Positions 23,056 to 32,000 are shown, counted from the stretch's first letter. The stretch: DNA of 32,000 nt from Longivirga aurantiaca (GCF_042660085.1 NZ_JBHSTI010000002.1:570001-602000), one strand, 5' to 3'. Numbers and translations are program-made. Notes: a model not told the origin generated them from the sequence alone.

Positions 23056-24441
23056 ATGACGCGCGTGGTGATCGTGGGCGGCGGACCTGGTGGCTACGAG
23101 TCGGCCCTCGTGGCTGCCCAGCTCGGGGCCGAGGTCACGGTCGTCGACCGCGACGGGCTCGGCGGCTCGTGCGTACTCACCGACTGCGTGCCGAGCAAGA
23201 CCCTCATCGCGACCGCGGAGTTCATGACCTCCGCCGCCGACTCCGGCCCTCTGGGCGTGCGCATTGCGGGCGGCGGCCCGGCTGCGGTGTCGGTCGACCT
23301 CGGCGAGGTCAACGCCCGCGTGAAGCGTCTTGCCGCCGCGCAGTCCGCCGACATCGAGGCGCGGCTCGCCCGCGAGGGCGTCCGCGTGGTCAAGGGCCGC
23401 GGACGGCTCGAGGGCCCGTCGGTCGTCGTCGCCACGGATGCGGCGGGCGCCGAGCAGGCCTTGCCCGCCGACGCGATCCTCATCTCCACCGGCGCCCGGC
23501 CGCGCGTCGTCGCAGGCGCCGAGCCGGACGGCGAGCGCATCCTCACCTGGGAGCAGGTGTACGACCTCGACGTGCTGCCCGAGAAGCTGATCGTGGTCGG
23601 CTCCGGTGTCACCGGTGCCGAGTTCGCCTCGGCGTACAACGCGCTCGGGTCCGAGGTCGTGCTCGTGTCCTCGCGCGAGCACGTGCTGCCCGGCGAGGAC
23701 CCGGACGCCGCGCGCGTGCTCGAGGACGTCTTCGCCCGCCGCGGCATGCAGGTGCTCGGGCGCTCGCGCGCGCAGTCCGCCGTGCGCACGGCGGACGGTG
23801 TGGTGGTCACCCTCGCCGACGGCTCGACCGTCGAGGGCACGCACGTGCTCATGGCGGTCGGCTCGCTGCCCAACACCGAGGGCATCGGCCTGGTCGAGAG
23901 CGGCGTCACGCTGAACGACTCCGGCTACGTCCGCGTCGACCGCGTCTCGCGCACCGCCGCGCGAGGCGTGTACGCCGCCGGCGACGTGACCGGCGTGCTC
24001 ATGCTCGCCTCGGTCGCGGCGATGCAGGGCCGCATCGCGATGTGGCATGCGCTCGGCGACGCCGTCGACCCGCTCGACCTGCGCACGGTGTCGAGCAACG
24101 TCTTCACCGATCCCGAGATCGCGACCATCGGCGTCACCCAGGCCGACCTCGACTCCGGTGCCGAGGACGTGCGCGTGGTGAAGCTGCCGCTCGCCACCAA
24201 CGCCCGCGCGAAGATGCAGAACCTGTCCGACGGCTTCGTGAAGCTGTTCTGCCGCCCGGGCACGGGCATCGTCGTGGGTGGCGTGGTCGTCGCGCCGCAG
24301 GCGTCCGAGCTGATCCACCCGATCACGATCGCGGTGAAGCACCGCCTGACCGTCGACGACGTCGCTGCCACCTTCACGGTCTACCCGTCGCTCACCGGCT
24401 CGATCGCCGAGGCTGCGCGCCAGCTGCACACGCACGCCTAG
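23056..24441 (+). CDS. lpdA: NAD(P)H-quinone dehydrogenase / flavoprotein disulfide-reductase family (LpdA, Rv3303c-like)
   Basis: About 461 aa. FAD motif VVIVGGGPGGYESA, redox-active CVLTDCVPSK, second dinucleotide motif VVGSGVTGAEFA. In-frame ATGs at 23044, 23047 and 23056; 23056 gives the typical MTR(V/I)VI N-terminus. Confidence 0.8.
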   Translation: MTRVVIVGGGPGGYESALVAAQLGAEVTVVDRDGLGGSCVLTDCVPSKTLIATAEFMTSAADSGPLGVRIAGGGPAAVSVDLGEVNARVKRLAAAQSADIEARLAREGVRVVKGRGRLEGPSVVVATDAAGAEQALPADAILISTGARPRVVAGAEPDGERILTWEQVYDLDVLPEKLIVVGSGVTGAEFASAYNALGSEVVLVSSREHVLPGEDPDAARVLEDVFARRGMQVLGRSRAQSAVRTADGVVVTLADGSTVEGTHVLMAVGSLPNTEGIGLVESGVTLNDSGYVRVDRVSRTAARGVYAAGDVTGVLMLASVAAMQGRIAMWHALGDAVDPLDLRTVSSNVFTDPEIATIGVTQADLDSGAEDVRVVKLPLATNARAKMQNLSDGFVKLFCRPGTGIVVGGVVVAPQASELIHPITIAVKHRLTVDDVAATFTVYPSLTGSIAEAARQLHTHA

Positions 24442-24652
24442 CCGACGCGACGCCGCTGCGGAGCCGCGCGGTCACGCTGCGCCGCCGGATGGGGGCTGCG
24501 CCGAGCGTTCCCGCGCACCCCCTGGTCAGGCTGCCCTCACAGGGCTAGCGTCCGACCCGTCGAACCGCGCTGTGCCGTACCGGCAGGTCCGAGGGGGGAT
24601 CGGCCTGGGGCTCACCGGAGGACCCAGGGCACTCCGATGCAAGGGGATACGC

Positions 24653-25633
24653 ATGAGACGACGTCGTACTGCTGTCATCGCGCTCTCGGTCGCGGCGCTC
24701 GCTGCCGCCACGCTCTCCGCCACGCCGGCGGCCTCGGCGGATCCGGCACCCGCACTCACCCCCATCGGCGGCGACTTCGTCTCGCCGCTCCACCTGGCCT
24801 TCGGGCCGGGCAAGTCGCTGTACGTCGCCGACGCGTTCACCGCGTCGATCCAGAAGATCAAGCTGCGCACGGGCGTGCGCACCACGCTCTTCCAGGGCAC
24901 CCAGCCCATCCCGGGCGTCGACGTCGCCTCCAACGGCGCCATCAAGGCCACGCTGTCGATCGGCGACCCGACCGTGCCGCTGCCGACGTCGCTCATCGGC
25001 GTCAACCAGGCCGGCAAGAGCTGGCAGCTGGCCGACCTGCTCTCGTACGAGGTCGCCAACAACCCGGACGGCCAGAACCCGGCGGCACCCGACTCGCAGT
25101 CGAACCCCTACTCGGTCCTGGCCCTGAAGCACCGCACGATCGTCGCGGACGCCGGTGCCAACGACCTCCTCGTCGTCCGCCACGGAAAGGTCAGCACGCT
25201 CACGGTCTTCCCGACCTTCACGGCGGAGGGGTGCCAGCCCAACAACAACGGCGACACCTCGTGCGACCCGGTGCCGACTGACGTCGAGCTCGGTCCTGAC
25301 GGCTACCTCTACGTGTCCGGCCTCGGCGCGGAGGTCGAGGGCCACATCTACAAGGTGAACCAGTGGACCGGCGAGATCGTGCAGACGTGGGGCGGCCTCC
25401 CGCCGCTCACCGGCATCGCGGTCTCCTCGCACGGCACGATCTACGCGTCGTCGATCTTCGCGGGCGTCATCCTGAAGATCGGTCGCGACGGCAGCATGAG
25501 CGCCGCGTCCGTGCCGTTCCCGACCGACGTCGAGATCGGCAACGGGATGATCGTGGTCGGCTCGATGCCGCTCACGGGCGGCCCGGGCGCGGTCTACCGC
25601 GTGGCGCCGTCGGCGTTCGTCCCGGTCCCGTAG
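24653..25633 (+). CDS. secreted beta-propeller-like protein (ScyD/ScyE- or NHL-repeat-like)
   Basis: 326 aa from the ATG at 24653 (AAGGGGA RBS). Signal peptide MRRRRTAVIALSVAALAAATLSATPAASA. Repeated beta-strand-like segments (LYVADAF, LYVSGLG, IYASSIF, MIVVGSM). The family assignment is from memory of similar annotations. Confidence 0.55.
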   Translation: MRRRRTAVIALSVAALAAATLSATPAASADPAPALTPIGGDFVSPLHLAFGPGKSLYVADAFTASIQKIKLRTGVRTTLFQGTQPIPGVDVASNGAIKATLSIGDPTVPLPTSLIGVNQAGKSWQLADLLSYEVANNPDGQNPAAPDSQSNPYSVLALKHRTIVADAGANDLLVVRHGKVSTLTVFPTFTAEGCQPNNNGDTSCDPVPTDVELGPDGYLYVSGLGAEVEGHIYKVNQWTGEIVQTWGGLPPLTGIAVSSHGTIYASSIFAGVILKIGRDGSMSAASVPFPTDVEIGNGMIVVGSMPLTGGPGAVYRVAPSAFVPVP

Positions 25634-25678
25634 GCGGAACCCGCACCAGCGCACGACGACAGCGGCGCGGTCAGGCGG

Positions 25679-26686
25679 TCACAGCTGCTTGGCCGCGCCG
25701 CTGTCGGTGTTGACGCGCATGGGCAGCACGTCCACGGCCTCGAACGCCCGTGCCGGCACCCGGCCCAGCGCGCTCACGAGGTCGCTCGTCCAGCGGGTGT
25801 CGGACGTGCCCTGGAAGTACCAGGGGCTGCCGTTGTCGGCCAGCACGAGGCCGTACTTCTTCATGGCGGTGAGCACGACCCGGGCCTGTGCCGGATACCC
25901 GCTGATGTCGTACGACGCCTTGAGCCGGAACCGCGCACCCATCGGCGGGTAGTAGATGCTGTTGACCGACCCGGCCTGATGCCGTGCGGGCCAGAGCCAG
26001 CGCTTGTCGGTGATGTTCGTCGTGAAGCGGATCGCGTGGTCGACCTTGCCGCGCGCGACCTCGTCGTACCGCAGCAGGCCCGGCAGGATCGGAAGACCGG
26101 CGGCGTCGGCGGAGGTCCACCCGACGGGTCGCAGCAGGTTCGAGCGCAGGCTCCAGACCGCGCCGGATCCGGCGTACCAGCCGCTCGCGCGCCTGTGGGT
26201 GTCCCACGTCTCGAACAGCGTGCAGGTGGCGGCGTCTACCACGATCGCGTGCCGGTCGCCGGTGGCGGTCAAGCCACCCTCGATCTTCGTCGAGCTCGAC
26301 AACGGGTAGAGCACCTTGTCGCTCTCATCGGCGTACCCGAACGTCACCTTCACGCGCGGGGCGCCGTTCACGACCGTGATCGGGATGCCGTAGGGCACCG
26401 GCTGCTCGCCGAACGACGGCCCGAAGTCGGCGTGCAGGTTGCGCGTCGGCGACATGTGCGACATCCACTGCGCCGACCGCGGGTGCACCTTCAGCCGGGA
26501 GATGTCGGTGTGCCAGTAGCTGGTGGCGGGGAACGCCGGGCAGCTCGTGCCCGGGATGTACGCCGAGGTGCGTACGGCCACAGCGGTCGGGGCCGCCGCC
26601 GAGGCGGGCGCCGCCAGGGCTGCGACGCAGGACGCCGCGGCCACTGCCGCCGGCATCCGGAGCCGGTGCGCGCGCGTGGTGCTCAT
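25679..26686 (-). CDS. secreted protein of unknown function
   Basis: 335 aa from the ATG at 26686. Signal peptide MSTTRAHRLRMPAAVAAASCVAALAAPASA. Conserved-looking blocks (SADAAGLPILPGLLRYDEV, DHAIRFTT, YGLVLADNGSPWYFQG). The 42 codons upstream in ORF 25679..26812 overlap the next gene's tail. Confidence 0.65.
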   Translation of the reverse strand: MSTTRAHRLRMPAAVAAASCVAALAAPASAAAPTAVAVRTSAYIPGTSCPAFPATSYWHTDISRLKVHPRSAQWMSHMSPTRNLHADFGPSFGEQPVPYGIPITVVNGAPRVKVTFGYADESDKVLYPLSSSTKIEGGLTATGDRHAIVVDAATCTLFETWDTHRRASGWYAGSGAVWSLRSNLLRPVGWTSADAAGLPILPGLLRYDEVARGKVDHAIRFTTNITDKRWLWPARHQAGSVNSIYYPPMGARFRLKASYDISGYPAQARVVLTAMKKYGLVLADNGSPWYFQGTSDTRWTSDLVSALGRVPARAFEAVDVLPMRVNTDSGAAKQL

Positions 26687-26738
26687 GCCTCGAGCATCGA
26701 CGCCCGGGCGCACCCGTCCGATGGGCCGCGCGGGTGGA

Positions 26739-28070
26739 TCAGAAGTCGCCGCCTCCGCCGAAGTCGCCCCCGCCGCCGAAGCCGCCGTCGCCACCGCCGC
26801 CACCCCAGCCACCCCAGCTGTCGCCGCCGCCGAGGCCGGAGGCGTCGGTCGGGGCGATGACGGTGGGGGTGGAGAAGGCGCCGCCGAGCATCGAGCCCAT
26901 GAAGAGCATCGACATCACGTTCATGCCGGCGCCGCCGAAGTACCCGCCGGCGTACGGCGCGTAGGCCTGGCCGCCCTGCCAGTAGGGGACGCGGCCGCCG
27001 CCGGCCATCTCGACCTCGCGGGCCTGCGGCAGGCCGCCGCTCCTCAGCGTGGTCGCGCAGGCGAGGCAGACCGGGATCGGGCGCTCTGCGCCGCCGTCCG
27101 GGGCCCACTGCACGTCCTCCGCGCTCGGGCCGTGCCGCGGGTCGACGAAGCACGGCGGGCGCCGCTCGGGCAGCGGGCGGCCGTCCATCCGCGCCTCGAC
27201 CGAGGCGAGCGCGAAGCGGCCGTCCTCGAGCGCGGCGGTGACCGGGCCGGCGTCCTCCGGGCGCGCCATGCGGGCGCTCAGCATCTTGGCCTGCTCGTAC
27301 GAGTCGAGGGCGTGCTGCGCGTCGGCACGCCCGCTGTCGTCCAGGCGCGGGTCGTCGACGTCGAGCCGCGCGACCGCCTCGCCGTACGACGTGACGTCCT
27401 CGTCGACCACGCGCTGGATCGCCGCGGTCTTCTCGGCGTTGGCCCGCTTGGCCTTGCGGCTCAGCCAGAACGCGCCGCCGCCGATCGCGGCAGCGATGAC
27501 CGCGAGGAAGGCGAGGATGCCGAACCCGCTGCCGCCGCCCGACGAGCTGCCGGACGAGCCCGACGTGTCGCCGTTGAGCACGGGCGTGGCGTTGGTGACG
27601 AATGCGCTGGTGACGGCGAAAGCCCCCGCGTCCTTGTTGTCGCGGTAGGCGAGGGTTGCGACCTGGCGCACGTCGGTGAGCGTGCTGTTGCCCTTGAAGG
27701 CGGTGCCGGTCGAGTCGCCGAGGTAGACGGCGTACGTGCCGGAGATGCCGACGCCCTCGTAGAGGGCCTGCAGGGTCGCGTCGGACGAGTCGCCGACGGC
27801 GGCGGAGCGCGGGAGCACGGCGATGAAGTAGACCTGGCCGCTGTCGCGGATCTGCGCGCGCAGCTGGTCGGCCTCGCCCGTGCTCATGAGCCCGTCGGCC
27901 GCGGGGTCGACGTATACGGAATCGCCGGCGCGCAGGTCGCGGGCGGCGTTGTCGAGCGCGCTGGACGTGGTGGTGGCTCCGGCGGGTGCGAGCCCCGCGA
28001 GGGAGGCTCCGACGGCCAGGACGGCAGCGGCGACGAGGCGGGCGGCGGTGGTCGAGCGACGCGTGCTCAT
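26739..28070 (-). CDS. single-pass membrane protein: signal peptide + TPM-like ectodomain, TM, cytoplasmic Cys-containing domain, Gly/Trp/Asp-rich tail
   Basis: 443 aa. The signal peptide ends in AGA. The ectodomain (VYVDPAADGL...GEADQLRAQIRDSGQVYFIAVLP) resembles TPM/YgcG-type domains. S/G linker, then TM GILAFLAVIAAAIGGGAFWL. Cys motifs PPCFVDPRHGP and PVCLACATTL. Tail GGGDSWGGWGGGGGDGGFGGGGDFGGGGDF. Confidence 0.7.
   Translation of the reverse strand: MSTRRSTTAARLVAAAVLAVGASLAGLAPAGATTTSSALDNAARDLRAGDSVYVDPAADGLMSTGEADQLRAQIRDSGQVYFIAVLPRSAAVGDSSDATLQALYEGVGISGTYAVYLGDSTGTAFKGNSTLTDVRQVATLAYRDNKDAGAFAVTSAFVTNATPVLNGDTSGSSGSSSGGGSGFGILAFLAVIAAAIGGGAFWLSRKAKRANAEKTAAIQRVVDEDVTSYGEAVARLDVDDPRLDDSGRADAQHALDSYEQAKMLSARMARPEDAGPVTAALEDGRFALASVEARMDGRPLPERRPPCFVDPRHGPSAEDVQWAPDGGAERPIPVCLACATTLRSGGLPQAREVEMAGGGRVPYWQGGQAYAPYAGGYFGGAGMNVMSMLFMGSMLGGAFSTPTVIAPTDASGLGGGDSWGGWGGGGGDGGFGGGGDFGGGGDF
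26742..26795. repeat. three tandem 18-bp units encoding the GGGGDF-type tail
   Basis: GAAGTCGCCGCCTCCGCC / GAAGTCGCCCCCGCCGCC / GAAGCCGCCGTCGCCACC (26742-26759, 26760-26777, 26778-26795), followed by the 9-bp doublet CACCCCAGC x2. Confidence 0.7.
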
Positions 28071-28099
28071 GGGGACATCCTCACACCCTTCAGGACGCA

Positions 28100-28138
28100 G
28101 GAACGCCCCCCGACCGTTCCCGGGCCGGGGGGCGTTCC
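28100..28138 (-). terminator. strong GC hairpin downstream of accA; candidate intrinsic terminator
   Basis: Perfect 12-bp arms GGAACGCCCCCC (28100-28111) / GGGGGGCGTTCC (28127-28138) with a 15-nt loop, 24 nt past the accA stop. No U-tract, which I understand to be common for high-GC actinobacterial terminators. Confidence 0.55.
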
Positions 28139-28161
28139 CTACGAGCAGAATCGTGCGGCGG

Positions 28162-29922
28162 TCAGTCCTTGATCTCCAGCAGGACGGTGCCGCTCGGGAC
28201 GGTGGCTCCGACCTCGGCCGCGAGGCCGGTGACGGTGCCCGCCTTGTGGGCGGTGAGGGGCTGCTCCATCTTCATCGCCTCGAGGACGACGACGAGGTCG
28301 CCCGCGGCCACGGCCTGGCCCTCCTCGACCGCGACCTTGACGATCGTGCCCTGCATGGGGGCCGCGACCGCGTCGCCGGAGGCCGCGCTGCCCGACTTCT
28401 TCGCGCTGCGCTTGGGCGCCTTCTTCGGGCCGGCGTGGCCGCCCCCGCCGAAGGAGATCCCGCCCGGCAGGCTGACCTCGACGCGCTTGCCGCCGACCTC
28501 GACCGTGAGCGTCTGGCGCTCCTCGGGCTCCTCGACGTCCGCCGGGGCGCCGGAGTAGGCCGGGATCTGGTTGTCGAACTCGGTCTCGATCCAGCGGGTG
28601 TGCACCGAGAACGGCGTCGCGTCATCGGTGGCGAAGGCCGGGTCGCGCACGACCACGCGGTGGAAGGTGAGCGCGGTGGCGATGCCGTCGATCTCGAACT
28701 CGTCCAGCGCACGGCGCGAGCGCTCGAGCGCCTGCTCACGGGTGGCGCCGGTGACGATCAGCTTGGCGAGCAGCGAGTCGAAGTTGCCGCCGATCACGTC
28801 GCCCGCGGTGAAGCCGGCGTCGAGGCGGACGCCGGGGCCGGACGGCGGGTTCCACACGGTGAGCACGCCGGGGCCGGGGAGGAACGAGCGGCCGGGGTCC
28901 TCGCCGTTGATGCGGAACTCGAACGAGTGGCCGCGCAGCGGGGGGTCGGTGAAGCCGAGCTCCTCGCCGTTCGCGATGCGGAACTGCTCACGGACGAGGT
29001 CGATGCCCGTGACCTCCTCCGAGACCGGGTGCTCGACCTGCAGACGCGTGTTGACCTCGAGGAACGAGATCGTGCCGTCGAGGCCGACGAGGAACTCGCA
29101 GGTGCCGGCGCCGTAGTAGCCGGCCTCCTTCACGATCGCCTTGGACGCGTTGTAGAGCTGCTCGGTCTGCGCCTCGCTGAGGTACGGCGCCGGCGCCTCC
29201 TCGACGAGCTTCTGGTGGCGGCGCTGCAGCGAGCAGTCGCGGGTCGAGACGACGACGACGTTGCCGTGCTGGTCGGCGAGCACCTGGGTCTCGACGTGGC
29301 GCGGGTTGTCGAGGTAGCGCTCGACGAAGCACTCGCCCCGGCCGAAGGCCGCGACGGCCTCGCGGACGGCGGAGTCGAACAGCTCGGGGATCTCCTCGAG
29401 GGTGCGTGCGACCTTGAGACCGCGACCGCCGCCGCCGAACGCCGCCTTGATGGCGATCGGGAGACCATGGGCCTTGGCGAACTCGACGATCTCGTCGGCG
29501 TTCTGGACGGGGTCGGGCGTGCCCTCGACCTGCGGGGCGCCGGCGCGCTGCGCGATGTGGCGCGCGGACACCTTGTCGCCGAGGTCGCGGATGGCCTGCG
29601 GGGGCGGACCGATCCACGTGAGCCCGGCATCGATGACGGCCTGGGCGAAGTCGGCGTTCTCGGAGAGGAACCCGTAGCCGGGGTGGACGGCGTCGGCGCC
29701 GGACTTCCGGGCGGCGTCCAGCAGCTTCTCGACGACCAGGTAGGTCTCTGCCGCCGTCGACCCGCCGAGGGCGAAGGCCTCGTCGGCCGCCTTCACGTGC
29801 AGGGCGTCACGGTCCGGGTCCGCGTAGACGGCCACGGACGCGATACCGGAGTCACGGCAGGCCCGGGCGACTCGGATGGCGATCTCGCCACGGTTGGCGA
29901 TGAGGACCTTCGAGATGGTCAT
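28162..29922 (-). CDS. accA: acetyl/propionyl/acyl-CoA carboxylase alpha subunit (biotin carboxylase + BCCP domain)
   Basis: 586 aa. N-terminus [18 protein letters not shown], an ATP-grasp core, and a C-terminal biotinyl domain with the LEAMKMEQP biotinylation motif. Confidence 0.9.
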   Translation of the reverse strand: MTISKVLIANRGEIAIRVARACRDSGIASVAVYADPDRDALHVKAADEAFALGGSTAAETYLVVEKLLDAARKSGADAVHPGYGFLSENADFAQAVIDAGLTWIGPPPQAIRDLGDKVSARHIAQRAGAPQVEGTPDPVQNADEIVEFAKAHGLPIAIKAAFGGGGRGLKVARTLEEIPELFDSAVREAVAAFGRGECFVERYLDNPRHVETQVLADQHGNVVVVSTRDCSLQRRHQKLVEEAPAPYLSEAQTEQLYNASKAIVKEAGYYGAGTCEFLVGLDGTISFLEVNTRLQVEHPVSEEVTGIDLVREQFRIANGEELGFTDPPLRGHSFEFRINGEDPGRSFLPGPGVLTVWNPPSGPGVRLDAGFTAGDVIGGNFDSLLAKLIVTGATREQALERSRRALDEFEIDGIATALTFHRVVVRDPAFATDDATPFSVHTRWIETEFDNQIPAYSGAPADVEEPEERQTLTVEVGGKRVEVSLPGGISFGGGGHAGPKKAPKRSAKKSGSAASGDAVAAPMQGTIVKVAVEEGQAVAAGDLVVVLEAMKMEQPLTAHKAGTVTGLAAEVGATVPSGTVLLEIKD

Positions 29923-30037
29923 CGCGGTGATGCTCCTGTCGCGGATGTGTGGTGCGGTTGTCGCGCACCGGGACCGATCTTGCCGGACGCACGTACCTCC
30001 GCGTGGGCTGGGTGAAGGACCCGTCGTGGGAGATCTG

Positions 30038-30451
30038 TCACCCCGTCGGGGCGGGCCCGATCTCCTCGAGCCGCGCGAGGCAGCGACGGGTGACGTCGTC
30101 CACCTCGGCGAGCGTGCGGTCGAGCTCCTCGCGCCGTGCCGCCAGGTCCGCGCGGACCCGCTCGAGCGAGTCGAGCAGGCGCCGGATCTGGCCGGACTCG
30201 CCCGGCTCGGCGTCGTACATGTCGACGATCTCGCGGATCTCGGCGAGCGACATGCCGAAGCGCTTGCCGCGCAGCGCGAGCACGAGGCGGGCGCGGTCGC
30301 GCGCGCCGTAGGCCCGGGCGCTGCCCGAGCCGGTGCGGGCCGGGGTGACGATCCCGGCCTCCTCGTAGAAGCGCAGGGTGCGGGTGGTGACGCCCAGATC
30401 GGCCGCGAGCTCGCCCACGGTGTACGTGGTGGCGGTGCGCGTCGTGCTCAC
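30038..30451 (-). CDS. MerR-family transcriptional regulator (LiuR-like context)
   Basis: About 137 aa from the GTG at 30451 (alternative ATG at 30499). [29 protein letters not shown] followed by a coiled-coil C-terminus. It sits between accA (same strand, downstream) and the divergent accD. Confidence 0.8.
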   Translation of the reverse strand: MSTTRTATTYTVGELAADLGVTTRTLRFYEEAGIVTPARTGSGSARAYGARDRARLVLALRGKRFGMSLAEIREIVDMYDAEPGESGQIRRLLDSLERVRADLAARREELDRTLAEVDDVTRRCLARLEEIGPAPTG

Positions 30452-30481
30452 GGGCCCTCCCGGGGTCTGGCGTCGGGGACA

Positions 30482-30516
30482 GTGAACCGCTACCTTCACC
30501 TTTACGTCAACGTCAA
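30482..30516. promoter_or_regulatory. candidate MerR operator / divergent promoter core
   Basis: GTGAA(30482-86)-N8-TTCAC(30495-99) inverted repeat, followed immediately by the tandem ACGTCA-ACGTCA (30504-30515). On the minus strand this reads TTGACGTTGACGTAAA. Locally AT-richer, and 20-50 nt upstream of the accD ATG. Confidence 0.3.
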
Positions 30517-30534
30517 CCCACCCGGAGGGCCACG

Positions 30535-32000
30535 ATGAGCAAGGATGCGATCCGCGCGGCCCGCGCCGCCACCCACGAGGTCGCGCCGGCGGCCGCCGCC
30601 AAGCTGGCGGCCCAGGGCAAGCTGCACGCCCGCGAGCGCATCGCCCTGCTCGTGGACGCCGGGTCGTTCGTCGAGGACGGCCAGCTCGCGCACGCGGGCA
30701 CGCCCGGCTACCCGGCCGACGGCGTGGTGACCGGCCGCGGCACGGTGGACGGACGGCCGGTGCTCGTGGTGGCCAACGACCCCTCGGTGAAGGCGGGGTC
30801 CTGGGGCGCGCGCACGGTCGAGAAGATCATCCGCACGACCGAGGCCGCCCTGGTCGAGGAGATCCCGCTCTTCTGGTTCATCGACTCCGCCGGTGCGCGG
30901 ATCACCGACCAGGTCGACCTCTTCCCCGGGCGCCGCGGTGCCGGGCGCATCTTCCGCAACCAGGTGGCGCTCTCGGGGAAGGTGCCGCAGATCTGCTGCC
31001 TTTTCGGGCCGTCGGCCGCGGGCGGCGCGTACATCCCCGCCTTCTGCGACGTCGTGATCATGGTCGAGGGCAACGCCTCGATGTACCTCGGCAGCCCGCG
31101 CATGGCCGAGATGGTGGTGGGCGAGACGGTGACGCTCGAGGAGATGGGCGGCGCGCGGATGCACGCCACCGTCTCGGGCTGCGGCGACAACCTCGCCGAG
31201 GACGACGCCGACGCGATCGAGCAGGCGAGGCTCGTGCTGTCGTACCTGCCGCAGTGCTGGCGCGAGGACCCTCCGGCGTACGCGCCCGAGCCGGCCGGGC
31301 GGGTGCTCGACGCCGACTGCGTGCCGATGCCCGAGAGCGTCCCGTTCGACATCCGCGAGATCGTCGAGGGCATCGTGGACGACGGCTCGTTCTTCGAGAT
31401 CAAGCCGCTGTTCGCTGGCGAGCTCGTCGTGGGGTTCGGGCGCATCGAGGGCCGCAGCGTCGGCGTCGTCGCCAACAACTCCGCCGTGCGCGGGGGTGTG
31501 CTGTTCGGCGACAGCGCCGACAAGGCCGCCCGCTTCATCTGGTGGTGCGACGCGTTCAACGTGCCGCTCGTCTACCTCGCCGACGTGCCCGGCTTCATGA
31601 TCGGCTCGCAGGTCGAGCGCGAGGGGATCATCCGGCATGGCGCGAAGATGATCACCGCCGTCAGCGAGGCCACCGTGCCGCAGGTGTCTGTCGTGGTGCG
31701 CAAGGCGTACGGCGCCGGCCTGTACGCGATGGCCGGCCCGGGCTTCGGCCCCGATGCGTGCATCGCGCTCCCGACCGCGAGCATCGCGGTGATGGGTCCC
31801 GAGGCGGCCGTCAACGCGGTCTACGCGAACAAGATCGCCGCGATCGAGGACGCCGGCGAGCGCGAGGCGTTCGTGGCCGCGCGGCGGTCCGAGTACCTCG
31901 CCGACATCGACCTGCTGCGCCTGGCCGACGACCTGGTGATCGATGCGGTGGTCGAGCCGGGCGAGCTGCGCCGCGAGATCGACGTACGTCTCCGGTCGGC
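30535..32000 (+). CDS. acyl-CoA carboxylase carboxyltransferase (beta) subunit, partial (runs off right edge)
   Basis: ATG 30535 has a GGAGGG RBS. My translation gives MSKDAIRAARAATHEV...GKLHARERIALLVDAGSFVEDG...VVANDPSVKAGSWG...ADVPGFMIGSQVEREGIIRHGAKM. No stop before the window end. It looks like the AccD1/MCC-beta type, but substrate cannot be assigned from sequence alone. Confidence 0.85.
   Translation, partial: MSKDAIRAARAATHEVAPAAAAKLAAQGKLHARERIALLVDAGSFVEDGQLAHAGTPGYPADGVVTGRGTVDGRPVLVVANDPSVKAGSWGARTVEKIIRTTEAALVEEIPLFWFIDSAGARITDQVDLFPGRRGAGRIFRNQVALSGKVPQICCLFGPSAAGGAYIPAFCDVVIMVEGNASMYLGSPRMAEMVVGETVTLEEMGGARMHATVSGCGDNLAEDDADAIEQARLVLSYLPQCWREDPPAYAPEPAGRVLDADCVPMPESVPFDIREIVEGIVDDGSFFEIKPLFAGELVVGFGRIEGRSVGVVANNSAVRGGVLFGDSADKAARFIWWCDAFNVPLVYLADVPGFMIGSQVEREGIIRHGAKMITAVSEATVPQVSVVVRKAYGAGLYAMAGPGFGPDACIALPTASIAVMGPEAAVNAVYANKIAAIEDAGEREAFVAARRSEYLADIDLLRLADDLVIDAVVEPGELRREIDVRLRS

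Noticed and set aside
25634-25678. Possible bidirectional terminator between the convergent propeller-like and secreted-protein genes
   Set aside because: I could not find a convincing stem of 7 bp or more in the 45-bp gap.
29923-30037. Small hairpin GGTGCG-GTTGT-CGCACC (around 29948-29964) between the MerR gene and accA, considered as a terminator or attenuator
   Set aside because: The stem is only 6 bp with no U-tract, in GC-rich DNA where such stems arise by chance. That is not enough to call a feature.
1-32000. CRISPR arrays, tRNA/rRNA genes, IS elements, integrases, phage genes
   Set aside because: I found no regularly spaced direct repeats and no cloverleaf-like or rRNA-like low-GC islands. 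No ORF shows transposase, integrase or phage motifs. The only repeat families seen are E1/E2 and intragenic tandem repeats.

Overview
High-GC (about 70%+) actinobacterial chromosomal segment, densely coding, made up mostly of core metabolism. I saw no rRNA, tRNA, CRISPR array, transposase or integrase. Three nucleoside/deoxyribose catabolic operons lie within 21 kb: ABC permease-cdd-deoA-cupin-add; deoC-ALDH-ALDH-like-GNAT; and punA plus a phosphosugar mutase. Between them are a 1200-aa pyruvate:ferredoxin oxidoreductase, a PLP-decarboxylase/membrane/GNAT operon, an MDR oxidoreductase, an LpdA-like flavoprotein, and secreted or membrane proteins of unknown function. At the right edge sits a MerR-accA / accD acyl-CoA carboxylase locus. 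The clearest accessory feature is a roughly 1.17-kb cassette (about 4052-5218) wedged between the convergent add and lysE genes. It carries a single AbiEi-N/DUF559 (PD-(D/E)xK-like) gene with visibly atypical codon usage. Two homologous ~65-bp palindromic elements in the same orientation bracket it, and it has no recognisable recombinase. Other second-look items: an ALDH paralogue lacking the whole catalytic domain, a 72-aa acidic protein built from two 31-aa repeats, a TPM-like/Cys/Gly-rich membrane protein paired with a secreted unknown, a six-tract G-quadruplex motif in a divergent promoter, and a candidate MerR operator. All functional calls come from reading motifs by eye; no database searches were run. 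Many start codons are uncertain by tens of bases.
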